Below, piece by piece: positions 1 through 13,800 of a DNA stretch of 64,000 nucleotides. The DNA is from Nibricoccus sp. (lineage in GTDB: Bacteria > Verrucomicrobiota > Verrucomicrobiia > Opitutales > Opitutaceae). The notes beneath the pieces are model-generated. The model was not told where the DNA came from. It saw nothing but the letters and a program-made list of their open reading frames with translations, and did no database searches. Location: contig JASGHG010000001.1 of NCBI GenBank assembly GCA_047602425.1, positions 2,336,001 through 2,400,000 on the forward strand, in the 5' to 3' direction. Position numbers and translations under genes: made by a program. How positions within the stretch are numbered: position 1 is the first letter of the stretch; every line of letters starts with the position of its first letter.

Positions 1-1739
1 GCGGTATCCATCTCGCCATCTCTGCCAACATAGCGGCCGGTGACGGTGAGGGTGGGAAGAACCTTCACGATGCCGGTGAGTTTCTTGGCGGTGTATTCGT
101 AGCCGAGCACGTACTGGCCACCGACGCTGGTGCCGTAGCCGGTATAGCTATTACGGTGATCCTTGTAGAACACTTCAGCACGGAGCGTGAAAGCGGCACA
201 GGCATTCCAGTTGGCACCAACCTTGTAATGGCCGTGGTTTTCCTTGGCGTTGTTGAAGCTGGCTGCGAGGCTGGGTCCAACGGTGCCGGAGGCGCCGCTA
301 CCGACCGTAGTGACGCTGACGCTGGATCCGATTTCGTCGCCGGTCACATAACGGTAGTCCACCGTGGTGTAGAGGGAAACGTTGCGAATGCCGGTGTAGC
401 GGACGTTGAGTTCGGGCGTCCAGGAACGTTCGCTACGCTCCGCGGTATTGGGTGCGTCAATTGGTATGCTGGTCGAAACGCCCGTGGCTTGAATGAGACG
501 GGTGTTTTTGTAGACGACCTGATTGTTGCCCTCCATGTCGAGGTCTTCGCCCTTGAGGCCAAGGCTAACATAGAGATCTTTGGTCGGCTTGTAGCTGGCG
601 CAAAGGTTGGCGGTAAGGACATCCTGCGTCGTATCGCCGGCGAGCGTGGTGTAAGAGTAGGGAGGACGACCGCCAGGAGTGAAGCCGCCGAGAAGATCCT
701 GAACGCCGGTGCCCGTGGCGATCTTGAGGAACATCTGGCGATCGCCGCCGATTTTGGCGGTGGCGTGTTGGAAGCTAACGCCGCCGTGGAGACCGATTTT
801 GCTGGTCAGCTGGGTTTCGAACTTGCCGGTGTAGGTGATGATCTTCGGTTCGCTCATTTGGCGGTCGAAGCCGTAAACCGGGTTGTTGGCGAGCGCGGGA
901 GGAACGAGCGTGGCCGGTGTGGCGGGAATGGCGACGAGGGGCTTGAGTTCGCCGGGATAGCGGTTCACCCAACGGGTGTCGTCGCTTTTTGCGGTGACGT
1001 AAACAGCTTCGAGTTCGACAGTCGTGTTGCCGAAACTGTGCTTGAGCGCGGCTTCGAAGGTTTCCTGGCGCTCGTTCAAGTCGATGTACGAGGCGACGAT
1101 TTTGCGGTTGGCGGAGACTGGGTTCAGCGCGCTGCTGGACCAAATCGGCACGCCGGTGAAATCGGTATCGCCCCAGATCGTGGTGTCCTTGCTGCCGTTG
1201 CGCAGTTCATTCGTGTAGCGCAGCGTAAGAACCGGGAGGTTGGGCAACGTAATCGCGCCGCCCACCCAGAATTTCGAGCGGTCGACGTGGCGGACCTGAG
1301 CGGTCAGAGGGAACCAAGCGTTGTTGGTCGGAAAGAAACCGCCCACACCATCGTAATAGGTGCGAAAACGCTTGTAGCCCATGTCGAACGAGCCGAGTTC
1401 GTTTTTCGAAATCTTAACCTGACCGAGGAAGTCTTGGTTGCCCAAAAGAGCATGGCCGTCGACCGTGAGGCCGAAGTCGTTGCCGAGATCTTTGGTGATT
1501 TGGAAATCCTCAATGCCGGCAAAACCTTCGCGAGCGGTCCAGGTTCTGGCTTCATAGGCGGCCTTGTCGCCGCTGATCCAGCTGCCCTGACCTGAGAGCT
1601 TGATGTAGTTCTCGGTGATGTTGGGCAGCGGATCCGTATCGGGTTTGACGGCGTCGGCGGCATATGCGCTGACGGCCGTAGCCAGAATCGCACCTGCAAA
1701 GAGACCTGAAGCAATAGGGGAATGAAGTTTGGTTTGCAT
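1..1739 (-). CDS. MtrB/PioB-like outer-membrane beta-barrel protein (partial, runs off the window edge)
   Basis: Absent from the ORF track, consistent with no in-frame stop inside the window. Manual translation of the start from ATG 1739 gives signal peptide MQTKLHSPIASGLFAGAILATAVSAYA then ...GFAGIEDFQITKDLG...FDMGYKRFRTYYDGVGGFFP; lies directly downstream of a multiheme cytochrome. Confidence 0.7.
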   Translation of the reverse strand, partial: MQTKLHSPIASGLFAGAILATAVSAYAADAVKPDTDPLPNITENYIKLSGQGSWISGDKAAYEARTWTAREGFAGIEDFQITKDLGNDFGLTVDGHALLGNQDFLGQVKISKNELGSFDMGYKRFRTYYDGVGGFFPTNNAWFPLTAQVRHVDRSKFWVGGAITLPNLPVLTLRYTNELRNGSKDTTIWGDTDFTGVPIWSSSALNPVSANRKIVASYIDLNERQETFEAALKHSFGNTTVELEAVYVTAKSDDTRWVNRYPGELKPLVAIPATPATLVPPALANNPVYGFDRQMSEPKIITYTGKFETQLTSKIGLHGGVSFQHATAKIGGDRQMFLKIATGTGVQDLLGGFTPGGRPPYSYTTLAGDTTQDVLTANLCASYKPTKDLYVSLGLKGEDLDMEGNNQVVYKNTRLIQATGVSTSIPIDAPNTAERSERSWTPELNVRYTGIRNVSLYTTVDYRYVTGDEIGSSVSVTTVGSGASGTVGPSLAASFNNAKENHGHYKVGANWNACAAFTLRAEVFYKDHRNSYTGYGTSVGGQYVLGYEYTAKKLTGIVKVLPTLTVTGRYVGRDGEMDT

Positions 1740-1750
1740 GGCGTGGGATG

Positions 1751-2560
1751 TTAGTAGCGCATCGCTTTGCTGGCGTTGGAACCGTGGACGTCTTCGTGGC
1801 AGCCGGCGACCCAGCAGGTGCCGTTCTGCATGCGAGTGCGGTGATCTTCGCCGCCGGCAACAATCTTGCCGTCGCCGACGAACCCGCCGGTCAAAGTGGC
1901 CGGGTGTTCGACGTGACACTTGAGACACAGATTGGAATCGCGCTGGACGAGCATCTTTTGATTCACCGAACCGTGCGGGTTATGGCAGACGGTGCAGCCT
2001 TCGACCATGGCGTTGTGTTTGAAAAGGAAAGGACCCTTCTGGGCCGTATGGCACTTGGTGCAGGTCTCGTTGGGCGTTTCAAGTTCGCCGGCTCCGGTGC
2101 GGGCGACAACGTTGCCCTTGTGCGGATCGTGACACTCGGTGCAGGTCATTTTGCCAGCCATGACGGGATGGCTGTGCGGGAGGCTGAACTCGCCGCGCTT
2201 GTCGAGATGGCACTGGAAGCAACCTTCAGGCGTTTTGCCAGGGTTGATGATGGTGCCTTTGCCGCCGCCTGCCTGGACGTGCTTGCTGCCGGGACCATGG
2301 CAGCTTTCGCAGCCGAGGCCCTTGGCATGTTCGCCCTGCACCATCAATTTGGCGTGGGAAGCCGTGTCGAAATGCTTGGTGGTTTCTTCATGGCATTGGG
2401 CGCACTCTTGCGCGCCGACGAACGTGGCGCCGGCGATCTGGGCCGGAGCGACGACCGTGCGATCGCCCATGACAGTGCAGGAGATAAGGAGTGCAGCCCA
2501 AAGGGTGATGCCTCCGAAGACGAGTGTGTTCTTGGGCCAGCTGCGCGATTTAGATATCAT
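1751..2560 (-). CDS. MtrA/DmsE-like periplasmic multiheme cytochrome c
   Basis: 7 CxxCH motifs (CAQCH, CESCH, CFQCH, CTECH, CTKCH, CTVCH, CLKCH) plus terminal CWVAGCH...HGSN; N-terminal hydrophobic or lipoprotein-like signal. Confidence 0.85.
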   Translation of the reverse strand: MISKSRSWPKNTLVFGGITLWAALLISCTVMGDRTVVAPAQIAGATFVGAQECAQCHEETTKHFDTASHAKLMVQGEHAKGLGCESCHGPGSKHVQAGGGKGTIINPGKTPEGCFQCHLDKRGEFSLPHSHPVMAGKMTCTECHDPHKGNVVARTGAGELETPNETCTKCHTAQKGPFLFKHNAMVEGCTVCHNPHGSVNQKMLVQRDSNLCLKCHVEHPATLTGGFVGDGKIVAGGEDHRTRMQNGTCWVAGCHEDVHGSNASKAMRY

Positions 2561-3077
2561 GATAGGTTCGGCAAAGGTTATTTTGCAGAGGCATGGGGTG
2601 GCTATAACGGTTTGTTAGGGGCACAGACTTTGCCAGAAAACTGGCGAACTGGCTCCTCATTTCTTGCTGAAAATCGCTTCAATAAAGAAAAGTTATTGGT
2701 CTGATTTACAAATGAGCCTGAGGGTATTCCCTATTTTTGTCACCCATTTTTTGACAGGTCCGGGCCGCCAACTCGTTGAACTAAAGGATGGCTAATGCCC
2801 TGGTTTTACAAACACCCACGCGGTTTTTTCGTTGAAAAATCGTATTTGGCCAACCGGGTGTATTCTTAAATGTAATACGCCGGTTCAGGGGCGGTTTTCG
2901 ACAGCGATTTGGCAGGTGGCATATGGTTCCCGTTGGTCGGCACCGCTTCCCTTGGCCGTGGGATGGGTTTCTTGCTTTGGGAAAATGAATCGCTCGGCGC
3001 GCGGCGGAATGGTTTTGCGGAAAAATCCTGCCACTCGGGCTTGCGCCTTTCGCGCGTGCTGTGCTTAACCGCCAGGC

Positions 3078-3689
3078 GTGGACAATCCCGCTCGCACCGC
3101 TGAATATATCGCCCGTCGCGCCGCCCGCTGCGACGATCTTAAACGCACCCTGACCGGGCTGCTTGCCGGGCGGAAGCGCATCACGCTGGAAATCGGCGCG
3201 GGACACGGGCATTTTCTGACCGACTACGCGACGGCGCATCCCGAGGAGTTTTGCATTGGCGTCGATATCGTGCGCGATCGGGTGGAACGCGCGACGCGAA
3301 AGCGTGACCGCGCAAAGCTGTCGAACCTCGTTTTTCTTCTCGCGGAAGCCGGCGAATTTCTCGGCGCGTTGCCGGCGGATGTCGCATTTCAGCGCGTTTT
3401 CGTGCTTTTCCCGGATCCTTGGCCGAAACGCCGACATCACAAAAACCGGCTTATGCAGGCGGAGTTTCTTAGCACCATCGCCACCCGCGCAGAAAAAGCC
3501 GCGCACCTTTGCTTCCGGACCGACCACGCGGCGTATTTTGCGGCGGCGAAGGCGGAAGTTTTGGCGCATCCGGATTGGGAGGTTTTGCCCGAAGCGCCCT
3601 GGCCGTTCGAGCGCGTGACAGTTTTTCAGAGTCGAGCGCCAGCCTATGAATCGCTGGTCGCGGCAAGGCGGTCGGACGCCGCGAAGTAA
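3078..3689 (+). CDS. trmB: tRNA (guanine-N7)-methyltransferase
   Basis: LEIGAGHG SAM motif, FPDPWPKRRHHKNRL and FRTD motifs. Confidence 0.92.
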   Translation: MDNPARTAEYIARRAARCDDLKRTLTGLLAGRKRITLEIGAGHGHFLTDYATAHPEEFCIGVDIVRDRVERATRKRDRAKLSNLVFLLAEAGEFLGALPADVAFQRVFVLFPDPWPKRRHHKNRLMQAEFLSTIATRAEKAAHLCFRTDHAAYFAAAKAEVLAHPDWEVLPEAPWPFERVTVFQSRAPAYESLVAARRSDAAK

Positions 3690-3924
3690 TATCGGAGATG
3701 GCTGCGGTTGTCGGCTGAAACGCCTGCTCCGCCGAAAATAAAAACGTTAACCACGGCGCGTTCGTGCCGTTAGTAGATTTTTTGTTAGCTCCAGCCTCAA
3801 TTTTTCCACATTGGCTAATCTTTTAGCCCACATAAGCCCTTTGCATTTTCGAAGGTTGACGCTCCTGCGTGCGTTGCTTACTTCAAAACCTTTTCCAACT
3901 CTAAACAGGCCTCTCCCAAAAACC

Positions 3925-4809
3925 ATGCTTCGTGCGAAGAACCTCGCCCTGATCGCCGCATCTTTGGCCACTGCCATGTCTTCGTTCGCAGCTGAAGGCG
4001 AAGGGGTTTCAGCCAAGGTCGCCGTGCTGGTCGATTTTGGCGGCGGTTGGGCGCTCACCAACAGCATGATGACGGGTTGGGCGGTTTCGGCGCTGATTAT
4101 CTCTCTTATATTAGTGCTGGTGGGCAAACCTCAGGTGCTGCCCTCCAAAGGCCAGGCGGTGATCGAGTCGCTGATCGAAGGGCTGCGCGGACTTTTCGAA
4201 CCCATCGTGGGCAAAAAAGCTTTCCCCGCCGTTTTCCCGCTACTCGTTACGTTCTTCATTTTCATCCTCATCCAGAACTGGATGGGTCTTCTGCCCGGCG
4301 TCGGTACGATCGGCTTCGGTCACGATGTCGAAGGCAAATTTCACATGACGCGGCCGTTCATCCGTCCTTTCACGGCTGACTTCAACGGCACCATTGCGCT
4401 CGCGCTGATTTCCTTCGGCGCTTGGTTGATCATCATCTTCAAATATGCAGGGCCGAAGCTGATTCTCTTCGATCTTTTCGGTAACAAGGCCGACAAAAAG
4501 GAGACACCTGTCGTCCTCTATTTCGTGCTTTCGATTGTTTTCCTGTTGGTCGGCTTCATCGAAGTTTTCTCGATCTGTATCCGCCCCTTCACGCTGTCTG
4601 TGCGTCTCTTTGGCAACATCTTTGGCGGTGAAAACCTCCTTCATGGAACGGGTTTCTTTTTTGTCTTCTATTTCATGGAGCTGCTCGTCGGCCTGATTCA
4701 AGCCACGGTTTTCACGCTCCTTAGCTCCGTCTATATCGGTTTGATGTGTAACCACGGCGACGACCACGAGCACGAAGGCGAACACGTCCAAACTGAATCC
4801 CACCACTAA
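3925..4809 (+). CDS. atpB: ATP synthase F0 subunit a
   Basis: RPFTLSVRLFGNIFGGE and IQATVFTLL motifs; first gene of the atp operon; start set at ATG 3925. Confidence 0.95.
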   Translation: MLRAKNLALIAASLATAMSSFAAEGEGVSAKVAVLVDFGGGWALTNSMMTGWAVSALIISLILVLVGKPQVLPSKGQAVIESLIEGLRGLFEPIVGKKAFPAVFPLLVTFFIFILIQNWMGLLPGVGTIGFGHDVEGKFHMTRPFIRPFTADFNGTIALALISFGAWLIIIFKYAGPKLILFDLFGNKADKKETPVVLYFVLSIVFLLVGFIEVFSICIRPFTLSVRLFGNIFGGENLLHGTGFFFVFYFMELLVGLIQATVFTLLSSVYIGLMCNHGDDHEHEGEHVQTESHH

Positions 4810-4881
4810 ACCCTTTACCGCCGGGAGCGTGCCAACGAGTGCGCACGGCGGCAACTGCAACCTCCAAACATATCCAATAAC

Positions 4882-5097
4882 ATGATCCTCGCTGAAGCTG
4901 TTAACGCCATTACCGGCAATCTCGCTAGCGCATTCGGTCTTCTCGGCGCCGCCATCGGCGTCGGTTTGATCGGCACCAAAGCCGCCGAAGCCGTCGGCCG
5001 CAACCCCGGCGCCTCGGGCAAAATCCTCGTTCAAGCCATCATCGGTATGGCGCTCGCCGAAGGTCTCGGCGTTCTCGCGCTGTTCCTCGCCAAGTAA
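4882..5097 (+). CDS. atpE: ATP synthase F0 subunit c
   Basis: GxGxG helix, RNP loop, conserved Glu in ALAE. Confidence 0.95.
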   Translation: MILAEAVNAITGNLASAFGLLGAAIGVGLIGTKAAEAVGRNPGASGKILVQAIIGMALAEGLGVLALFLAK

Positions 5098-5160
5098 GAA
5101 TCCCTTCCCTGGTTGCGCTGCCTAAACCTCAGCGCAACCAACCTCTTTTCCGCTCCCGCC

Positions 5161-5724
5161 ATGCTGACCTCACTTTTCCTCGCAGTTGCCGAAGCCCACG
5201 GCGCCGTTGCCGGCGCGGCCGAACCTGGCCTCGTTGAAAAATTCGGCATCGAGTGGCACTACGTCGTTTTCCAAGGCATCAGTTTCCTCATTCTCTTTGG
5301 CGTGTTGTACAAGTTCGGCATCAAGCCGACGATCACCGCCATGGAGGAACGTCAGCATAAAATCGACTCCGGACTCAAGTATGCCGAGCAGATGAAGTCT
5401 CAACTCGCCTCCTCGCAGCAGGAGACGGCCGCCCTCCTCAAGAACGCTCAGCTCGAAGCCACCCGGATCATCGAAGAGTCCCGCAAAACCGCGAAGGATT
5501 TTGCCGACAAGGTTCAAAAAGAATCCACCGAGCGCGCCGCCGACCAGCTCGCCAAGGCCCAACAGGCCATCGAACTCGAGCACAAGAAAATGCTCGCCGA
5601 CGCCCGCAGCGAAATCGCCCGCCTTGTCGTCACCACGACCGAACGCGTCCTCGCCAAGAAGCTTTCCGACGCCGATCGCGCTGGCTTCAACGAAGCCGCC
5701 GCCAAAGAACTCTCGTCGGTCTGA
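5161..5724 (+). CDS. atpF: ATP synthase F0 subunit b
   Basis: N-terminal TM segment, KP...ER...I motif, long charged coiled coil, operon position. Confidence 0.93.
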   Translation: MLTSLFLAVAEAHGAVAGAAEPGLVEKFGIEWHYVVFQGISFLILFGVLYKFGIKPTITAMEERQHKIDSGLKYAEQMKSQLASSQQETAALLKNAQLEATRIIEESRKTAKDFADKVQKESTERAADQLAKAQQAIELEHKKMLADARSEIARLVVTTTERVLAKKLSDADRAGFNEAAAKELSSV

Positions 5725-5745
5725 TCGCAAATTTCCCTCTAGAAA

Positions 5746-6138
5746 ATGGCCGCCAACAAACAAGTCCAGCAACTCGCCCGTCAGCTCTTTAACCTGAGCT
5801 TCGCCGACGGCCAGCTGTCGGCCGCGCGGGTCAGCGGCGTATTGGGCTACGTCGAGAAAACCAAGCCCGCGCATACGCTCGCCGTCCTCAAGACCTACCA
5901 CCGCCTCGTCGCAAACGAATTGGCGAAAAGCCAGGCCGTCGTTGAGCACGCCGGCGCAGTATCCGATTCTTTGTTACAAACCATCGCGGCCGCCATGACT
6001 ACGAAGTACGGCCGCACGATTGCCGCCACCGCCCATCCCAATCCGAAACTCCTCGCCGGCCTGCGTGTACGCGTCGGCGACGACGTATACGAATCCTCCG
6101 TCGCCGGTCAGCTGAGTCAGCTCGCCGCCCAAGTATAA
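5746..6138 (+). CDS. atpH: ATP synthase F1 subunit delta (short form)
   Basis: C-terminal [18 protein letters not shown] motif; sits between atpF and atpA. Confidence 0.88.
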   Translation: MAANKQVQQLARQLFNLSFADGQLSAARVSGVLGYVEKTKPAHTLAVLKTYHRLVANELAKSQAVVEHAGAVSDSLLQTIAAAMTTKYGRTIAATAHPNPKLLAGLRVRVGDDVYESSVAGQLSQLAAQV

Positions 6139-6169
6139 CCCTTTTAAACAACCAAAACCTCTCGCCCGC

Positions 6170-7696
6170 ATGAGCACGGTCATCGAACAAATCGAACAAC
6201 AGATCGCCAAACTGCAGAACAAAGCGGTTAAAAAGAACACCGGCACCATCCGCACCGTCGCCGACGGCGTGGCCAAGCTCGATGGCCTCTCCGAGGTCAT
6301 GTACAACGAGATGGTCCAGTTTCCCGGCGGCGCCATCGGCATCGCGCTCAACCTCGAAGAAGACGAAGTTGGCTGCGTCGTCCTTGGTGACGTTGCTGGC
6401 CTCAAGGAAGGCGACGAAGTCCAGACCACGGGCCGCCTCCTCTCCGTACCCGTCGGCAAGGCGCTCCTTGGCCGCGTGGTCGACGCGCTCGGTCGTCCGG
6501 TCGACGGCAAAGGTCCGATCGACTCCAAGGAATTTTACCCGGTCGAAAAGATCGCCCCCGGCATCATCGTCCGCAAATCCGTTACCCAACCACTCTTTAC
6601 CGGTATTACCGCGATCGACTCCATGATCCCGATCGGTCGCGGCCAACGCGAGCTCATCATCGGCGACCGCGGCACCGGCAAGACGACTATCGCGATTGAT
6701 ACCATCATCAACAACGCGCGCATCAACCGCGTCGGCCTGGCTTCGGGCGACAAATCCTTCCGTCCCGTCTATTCGATCTACGTCGCGATTGGCCAAAAGA
6801 ATTCCAACATCGTCCGCACCATGACCGCCCTCGAGGCGGCTGGCGCGCTTGAATACACCATTATCGTCGCCGCCCCTGCGGCCGACAATCCCGCTAACCA
6901 GTACCTTGCACCATACTCAGGCGCCGCCATGGGCGAATGGTTCATGGAAAATGACATGGACGCGCTGATCGTTTACGACGATCTCTCGAAGCACGCCGTC
7001 GCCTACCGCCAGATTTCGCTGATTCTGAAACGTCCCTCCGGCCGCGAAGCTTTTCCCGGCGACGTTTTCTATCTCCACAGCCGCCTCCTCGAACGCGCCG
7101 CCCGCCTCGCTGGCAAAGGCTCGCTCACCGCGCTGCCCATCATCGAAACCCTCGCGGGCGATCTCGCGGCGTACATTCCGACGAACGTCATTTCGATCAC
7201 CGATGGCCAGATCTTCCTCGAAACCGACCTCTTCAACCAAGGCATCCGTCCTGCGGTTTCCGTCGGTCTCTCCGTTTCGCGCGTCGGTTCCTCCGCGCAG
7301 ATCAAGGCCACCAAACAGGTCGCTGGTAAACTCAAGGGCGAGCTCGCCCAGTTCCGCGAACTTGCCGCTTTCGCTCAGTTCGGTGCCGATCTGGACGCCA
7401 AGACCAAAGCCCAGCTCGACCGCGGTTCCCGCATCGTCGAACTCTTCAAGCAACCGCAGCTCAACCCGATCTCGATCGAGCTTCAGGCCGCCTTCCTCTG
7501 GGCCATGCAGAAGAATTATTTCGACGGCATCGACGTGAAAAAAATCGTCGCCGCCGCCGCCAAGCTCCGCGAATTTTTCGCCACCCGCAAGCAGCCGCTT
7601 CTCGACAAGATCCGCAACAAGGCCGCCATCGACGCCGAGCTCGAAACCGAGCTCAAGGCCGCCTGCGACGAGTGGAAATCTTCCTTCACTGCTTGA
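6170..7696 (+). CDS. atpA: ATP synthase F1 subunit alpha
   Basis: [31 protein letters not shown]. Confidence 0.98.
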   Translation: MSTVIEQIEQQIAKLQNKAVKKNTGTIRTVADGVAKLDGLSEVMYNEMVQFPGGAIGIALNLEEDEVGCVVLGDVAGLKEGDEVQTTGRLLSVPVGKALLGRVVDALGRPVDGKGPIDSKEFYPVEKIAPGIIVRKSVTQPLFTGITAIDSMIPIGRGQRELIIGDRGTGKTTIAIDTIINNARINRVGLASGDKSFRPVYSIYVAIGQKNSNIVRTMTALEAAGALEYTIIVAAPAADNPANQYLAPYSGAAMGEWFMENDMDALIVYDDLSKHAVAYRQISLILKRPSGREAFPGDVFYLHSRLLERAARLAGKGSLTALPIIETLAGDLAAYIPTNVISITDGQIFLETDLFNQGIRPAVSVGLSVSRVGSSAQIKATKQVAGKLKGELAQFRELAAFAQFGADLDAKTKAQLDRGSRIVELFKQPQLNPISIELQAAFLWAMQKNYFDGIDVKKIVAAAAKLREFFATRKQPLLDKIRNKAAIDAELETELKAACDEWKSSFTA

Positions 7697-7715
7697 GCAA
7701 GCGCTGACCTAACCC

Positions 7716-10024
<2,309 letters not shown>

Positions 10025-10033
10025 TTCCAAACC

Positions 10034-10441
10034 ATGTCCCTCACGCTCGAAATCGTCACACCTGAAGCCCGTGTCTATTCCGACACGGTCGACACCGTCG
10101 TCATTCCGACGACCGAGGGCGAGATCGGCATCCTCCCCGGCCATATTCCGCTCCTCACGCAAGTTGGCGCGGGCGAACTTCGCGTGCAGAAAGGCAATAA
10201 AACCGAACTGCTTGCCGTAGGTAATGGCTTCGCTGAGATCGACGGCGACAAGGTCTCGATCCTCGCCGAAAGTGCCATCACGGAAGAAAAGATCGACGTC
10301 GACGCCGCCGAAAAAGCCATGCAACGCGCCCAGGATGCGCTGCGCGGCAGAGACTCGCTCGATGTGGCCGAGGTGGAACGTCTCGAAAGTATTGTCCGTT
10401 CGTCGGTCATCCAAATCGATCTTAAGCGCCGCCGTCGCTGA
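10034..10441 (+). CDS. atpC: ATP synthase F1 subunit epsilon
   Basis: EIVTPE, GEIGILPGHIP. Confidence 0.96.
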   Translation: MSLTLEIVTPEARVYSDTVDTVVIPTTEGEIGILPGHIPLLTQVGAGELRVQKGNKTELLAVGNGFAEIDGDKVSILAESAITEEKIDVDAAEKAMQRAQDALRGRDSLDVAEVERLESIVRSSVIQIDLKRRRR

Positions 10442-10469
10442 TCAACGGATCAACCGGTTTCTCTTTTCA

Positions 10470-10496
10470 GGGGCGCACACGTTTGCGCCCTTTTTT
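10470..10496 (+). terminator. Intrinsic terminator of the atp operon
   Basis: GGGCGCA/TGCGCCC stem followed by T6. Confidence 0.75.
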
Positions 10497-10550
10497 AGTT
10501 TTACTCCCTGTGGGTCCAAATGCCCCGAAGCTCGCTTCGGCTTGGTGAGT

Positions 10551-10611
10551 TGTAGGAGCGGGTTTATCCCGCGATGGTTCAGAAAAATCGCGGCGTAAAG
10601 CCGCTCCTACA
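10551..10611. repeat. GTAG-type REP doublet (REPIN-like)
   Basis: TGTAGGAGCGGGTTTATCCCGCGAT ... ATCGCGGCGTAAAGCCGCTCCTACA inverted pair; a further palindrome CCTCGGGGCTTGCCCCGAGG follows at about 10624-10643. Confidence 0.75.
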
Positions 10612-10857
10612 ATTTCGGCAATGCCTCGGGGCTTGCCCCGAGGATCTTTACTGGAGTAGCCCCGGCGGCCATTTCCGACTTTGCCGGGTTTTTTGTGCCT
10701 ATTGTCTGGTCTCGCTTTTTCCGACGCGACGGCCAATCTCCCGACTAATAAAGTCGGTCCACGAGCGTAGGGTAATGTGCAGGCCGCAGTGATCCGCCGC
10801 GGCCCGGCTTTTTTGCCACGCGTCACGTCATCACCTCATAGCCTTTCGGGAACCGCC

Positions 10858-13800
10858 ATGAACACACGTTTGCTTAAGGGAGTTTCTGTTTGTCTCGTCC
10901 TCGCACTCAACGTTTTCGCTGGTCCAACCGACCGCTCCGAGCAATGGGCCGAAGTGGAAAAAGCTCAGGCGAATGGCCAACCTCAGACGGCTCTTGAAAA
11001 ATTGGAGCCGATTATCACCGGCGCCTATTCTGACCTGCTTTACGCCGAGGCGATTCGCGCCCTCGCGCTCAAAATGGCCATCGAAGATCGCGTCAACGGC
11101 AATGGCGCTGAACGAAAAATCGTCCGCTTTCAGGCCGAAATAGAAAAAGCCCCTGCTGCGATGAAACCGGCGATGGAGGCAGTGCTCGCGCATTGGTACT
11201 GGCAATATTATCAGCAAAACCGCTGGCGTTTCATGCAACGTACGCAGACCGCCGAGTCGCCGGGCGCGGACATTCAAACGTGGGACCTTGCGCGAATTCT
11301 CACCGAAATCGACAAACACTTCACCGCCGCGCTCGCCGACGAAGCTACGCTTAAGAAAACGCCCATCCACGTGTATCGACAACTCCTCGAACCGGGCAAC
11401 GTTCCTGAAAGCTACCGTCCCACGCTCTTCGATTTTCTCGCTCACGAGGCATTAAAATTCTACCAAGCGGGCGAGCATGCGCAGCTAAAAGCCGAAGACG
11501 AATTCGAGATCGCTGCCACGAGTCCAATTTTTGGCGATGTGCGAGAGTTTATGGCTTGGCAGCCCGCGGGCACGGATGATGCCTCACCGAAACTAAAAGC
11601 CATCCACCTTTATCAAGCTCTGCTGAAATTCCACGCCGACGATCCGGCGCGCGACGCATTCTTCGATACTGATCTTGACCGGCTCGAATATGGGAAAAAC
11701 GTGGCGTTCGGCGACGATGCGATCGACCGCTACAAGACCGCGCTCGAACGTTTTATCGTCAACACGTCTGCTCACGGTATTTCCGCTCGGGCACTCGCTC
11801 TCCTTGCCATGCAATTCCAGCAGGAAGGCGAACCGGCCAAAGCTCGCGAAATCGCGCAACGCGGCTTGAAAGCTTTCCCCTCCAGCACAGGCGGGGCGAT
11901 GTGTTACAACCTAATCCAACAGATAGAGGCAAAGTCCGCCCAACTCCATACCGAGAGCGTTTGGAATGCGCCGTGGCCTACGCTCGATCTTACTTACCGA
12001 AATGTGAGGAAAGTCTTTTTTCGCGCCATCCCCGCCGACTTCGCGAAGCGCATCAAACAGGACCGTGACGAAAAGGATCTGCTCACGGAAAAACCCGTGC
12101 TCGAATGGGAAGCCGACCTGCCGCCGACGGCCGACTTCAAGGAGCGCACCGAAAAAATTCCCGCGCCGACCACGCTCAAGCCTGGCTACTACCTTATCGC
12201 GGCCAGCCACAATCCAAGTTTTGGCGACGACAATAACCAGGTTTCCGCCACTTTCGTTTGGGTGAGCGACCTCGCGCTGGTGCTGCGTCTGCGCTATGAC
12301 AGCGAGACGCAAAGCGGCTTGGTTGTTCGAGCCGGCAGCGGCGAGCCGGTGTCGGGAGCAGTGATCAGCATTTGGAAAGAAAATCGTTATGGCGATCTGG
12401 CGCCTGGCTTCTCCTCCGTCACTAACGACAACGGCCTATTTGAGTTCTCCTCGATCCAAGGCTCATGCTTCATTATGGCTGAGGCTGAAGGTCAAAAAGT
12501 CGCCACCGGCCACGGAGTCTACGTCTACGGCCGCGACTCTAAAGACGGTGCCGACACGCAGACCGTCTTCTTCACCGACCGTGCGATCTACCGCCCGGGC
12601 CAGACGATCAACTATAAGGGCGTTTCGATCCGCTACGATCGCGAGATGGGCAAGTATTCCGTGCTCTCGGGCCACAAGCTGACCGTCGTTTTCAACGATC
12701 CCAACGGCAAGGAAATCGCCCGCGCCGGACACCGAACCAACGACTACGGTTCGTTCAGCGGCACGTTCACCGCGCCCCGCGACCGGCTGACGGGTCAGAT
12801 GACGATTCAAGTGCTCGGTCGCCCGAGCCAGACGTCGGTCAGCGTCGAGGAGTACAAACGCCCGAAATTCCAAGTGGAAATCGCCACCCCCACGGAAGCC
12901 GCGAAGCTCGACGCCCCGGTGGAGCTCACCGGAAAAGCCACCGCCTACAACGGCGCCGCCATCGGCGGAGCCAAGGTGAAATGGCGCGTCGAACGCGGTG
13001 TGCAGCTGCCGTACTGGTGCTGGTGGTGGCAGCCAATGCCCAGCAAGGCCATTGCCCACGGCACCGCCGTGACCGAACCGGACGGTACCTTCAAAGTCCA
13101 GTTCCCCACCACGCCCGACCGCTCGGTGCCGGCGAAGAACGAGCCCGTATTTGTATTCACGGTCCATGCCGACGTCACCGATACGACCGGCGAAACCCGT
13201 TCCGACGACCGCGCTGTCCGCGCCGGCTACACGGCACTGCAAGCGACGTTGAGCGCGGAAGACTGGCAGACCGCGGCGCAGCCGGCCGAGTTGGCGATTT
13301 CAACCAGTTCGCTCGACGGCGATCCGCAGGCCGCGAGCGGCAAGGTGATCGTTCACGCGCTCAAACAACCCGCGGCGGTGGAGCGCGCACCCTTGCAGCG
13401 GGAACGTTTTTGGTGGCACCGCGCCGAGGAGCCTGGTGTTGATCTGGCGAATCCTGACTCGTGGGCGCTTGGCGATGTTGTTTCAGAAAATAGCTTTTCC
13501 ACCGACGCCTCCGGCAAAACGGAGCTCAAGCTTCCGCTCAAAGCCGGCATCTATCGCGTATTGCTGGAGACGAAAGACCGGTTCGGCAAAACGGTCACCG
13601 CTCGCCGCACAGTCGAAGTTGTCGACCCGAGTCAGCTTCGCTACACGGTGAAAATCCCGAACAAGCTAGCTGCCGAAAAATGGTCAGTCGAGCCGGGCGA
13701 AACTTTCACCGCCCTCTGGGGCACCGGTTACGACAAGGGCCGCGCCTTCGTGGAGCTGGAGTGTAACGGGGAACCATTGAAAACCTACTGGACTGTTGGC

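Noticed and set aside
156..2704. Long + strand ORFs 156-1595 and 1748-2704
   Set aside because: Antisense shadows of the minus-strand porin and cytochrome genes; no recognisable motifs
5746..6138. Short atpH as a truncated pseudogene
   Set aside because: Intact ORF with the conserved C-terminal motif in an otherwise complete operon; most simply a naturally short delta subunit
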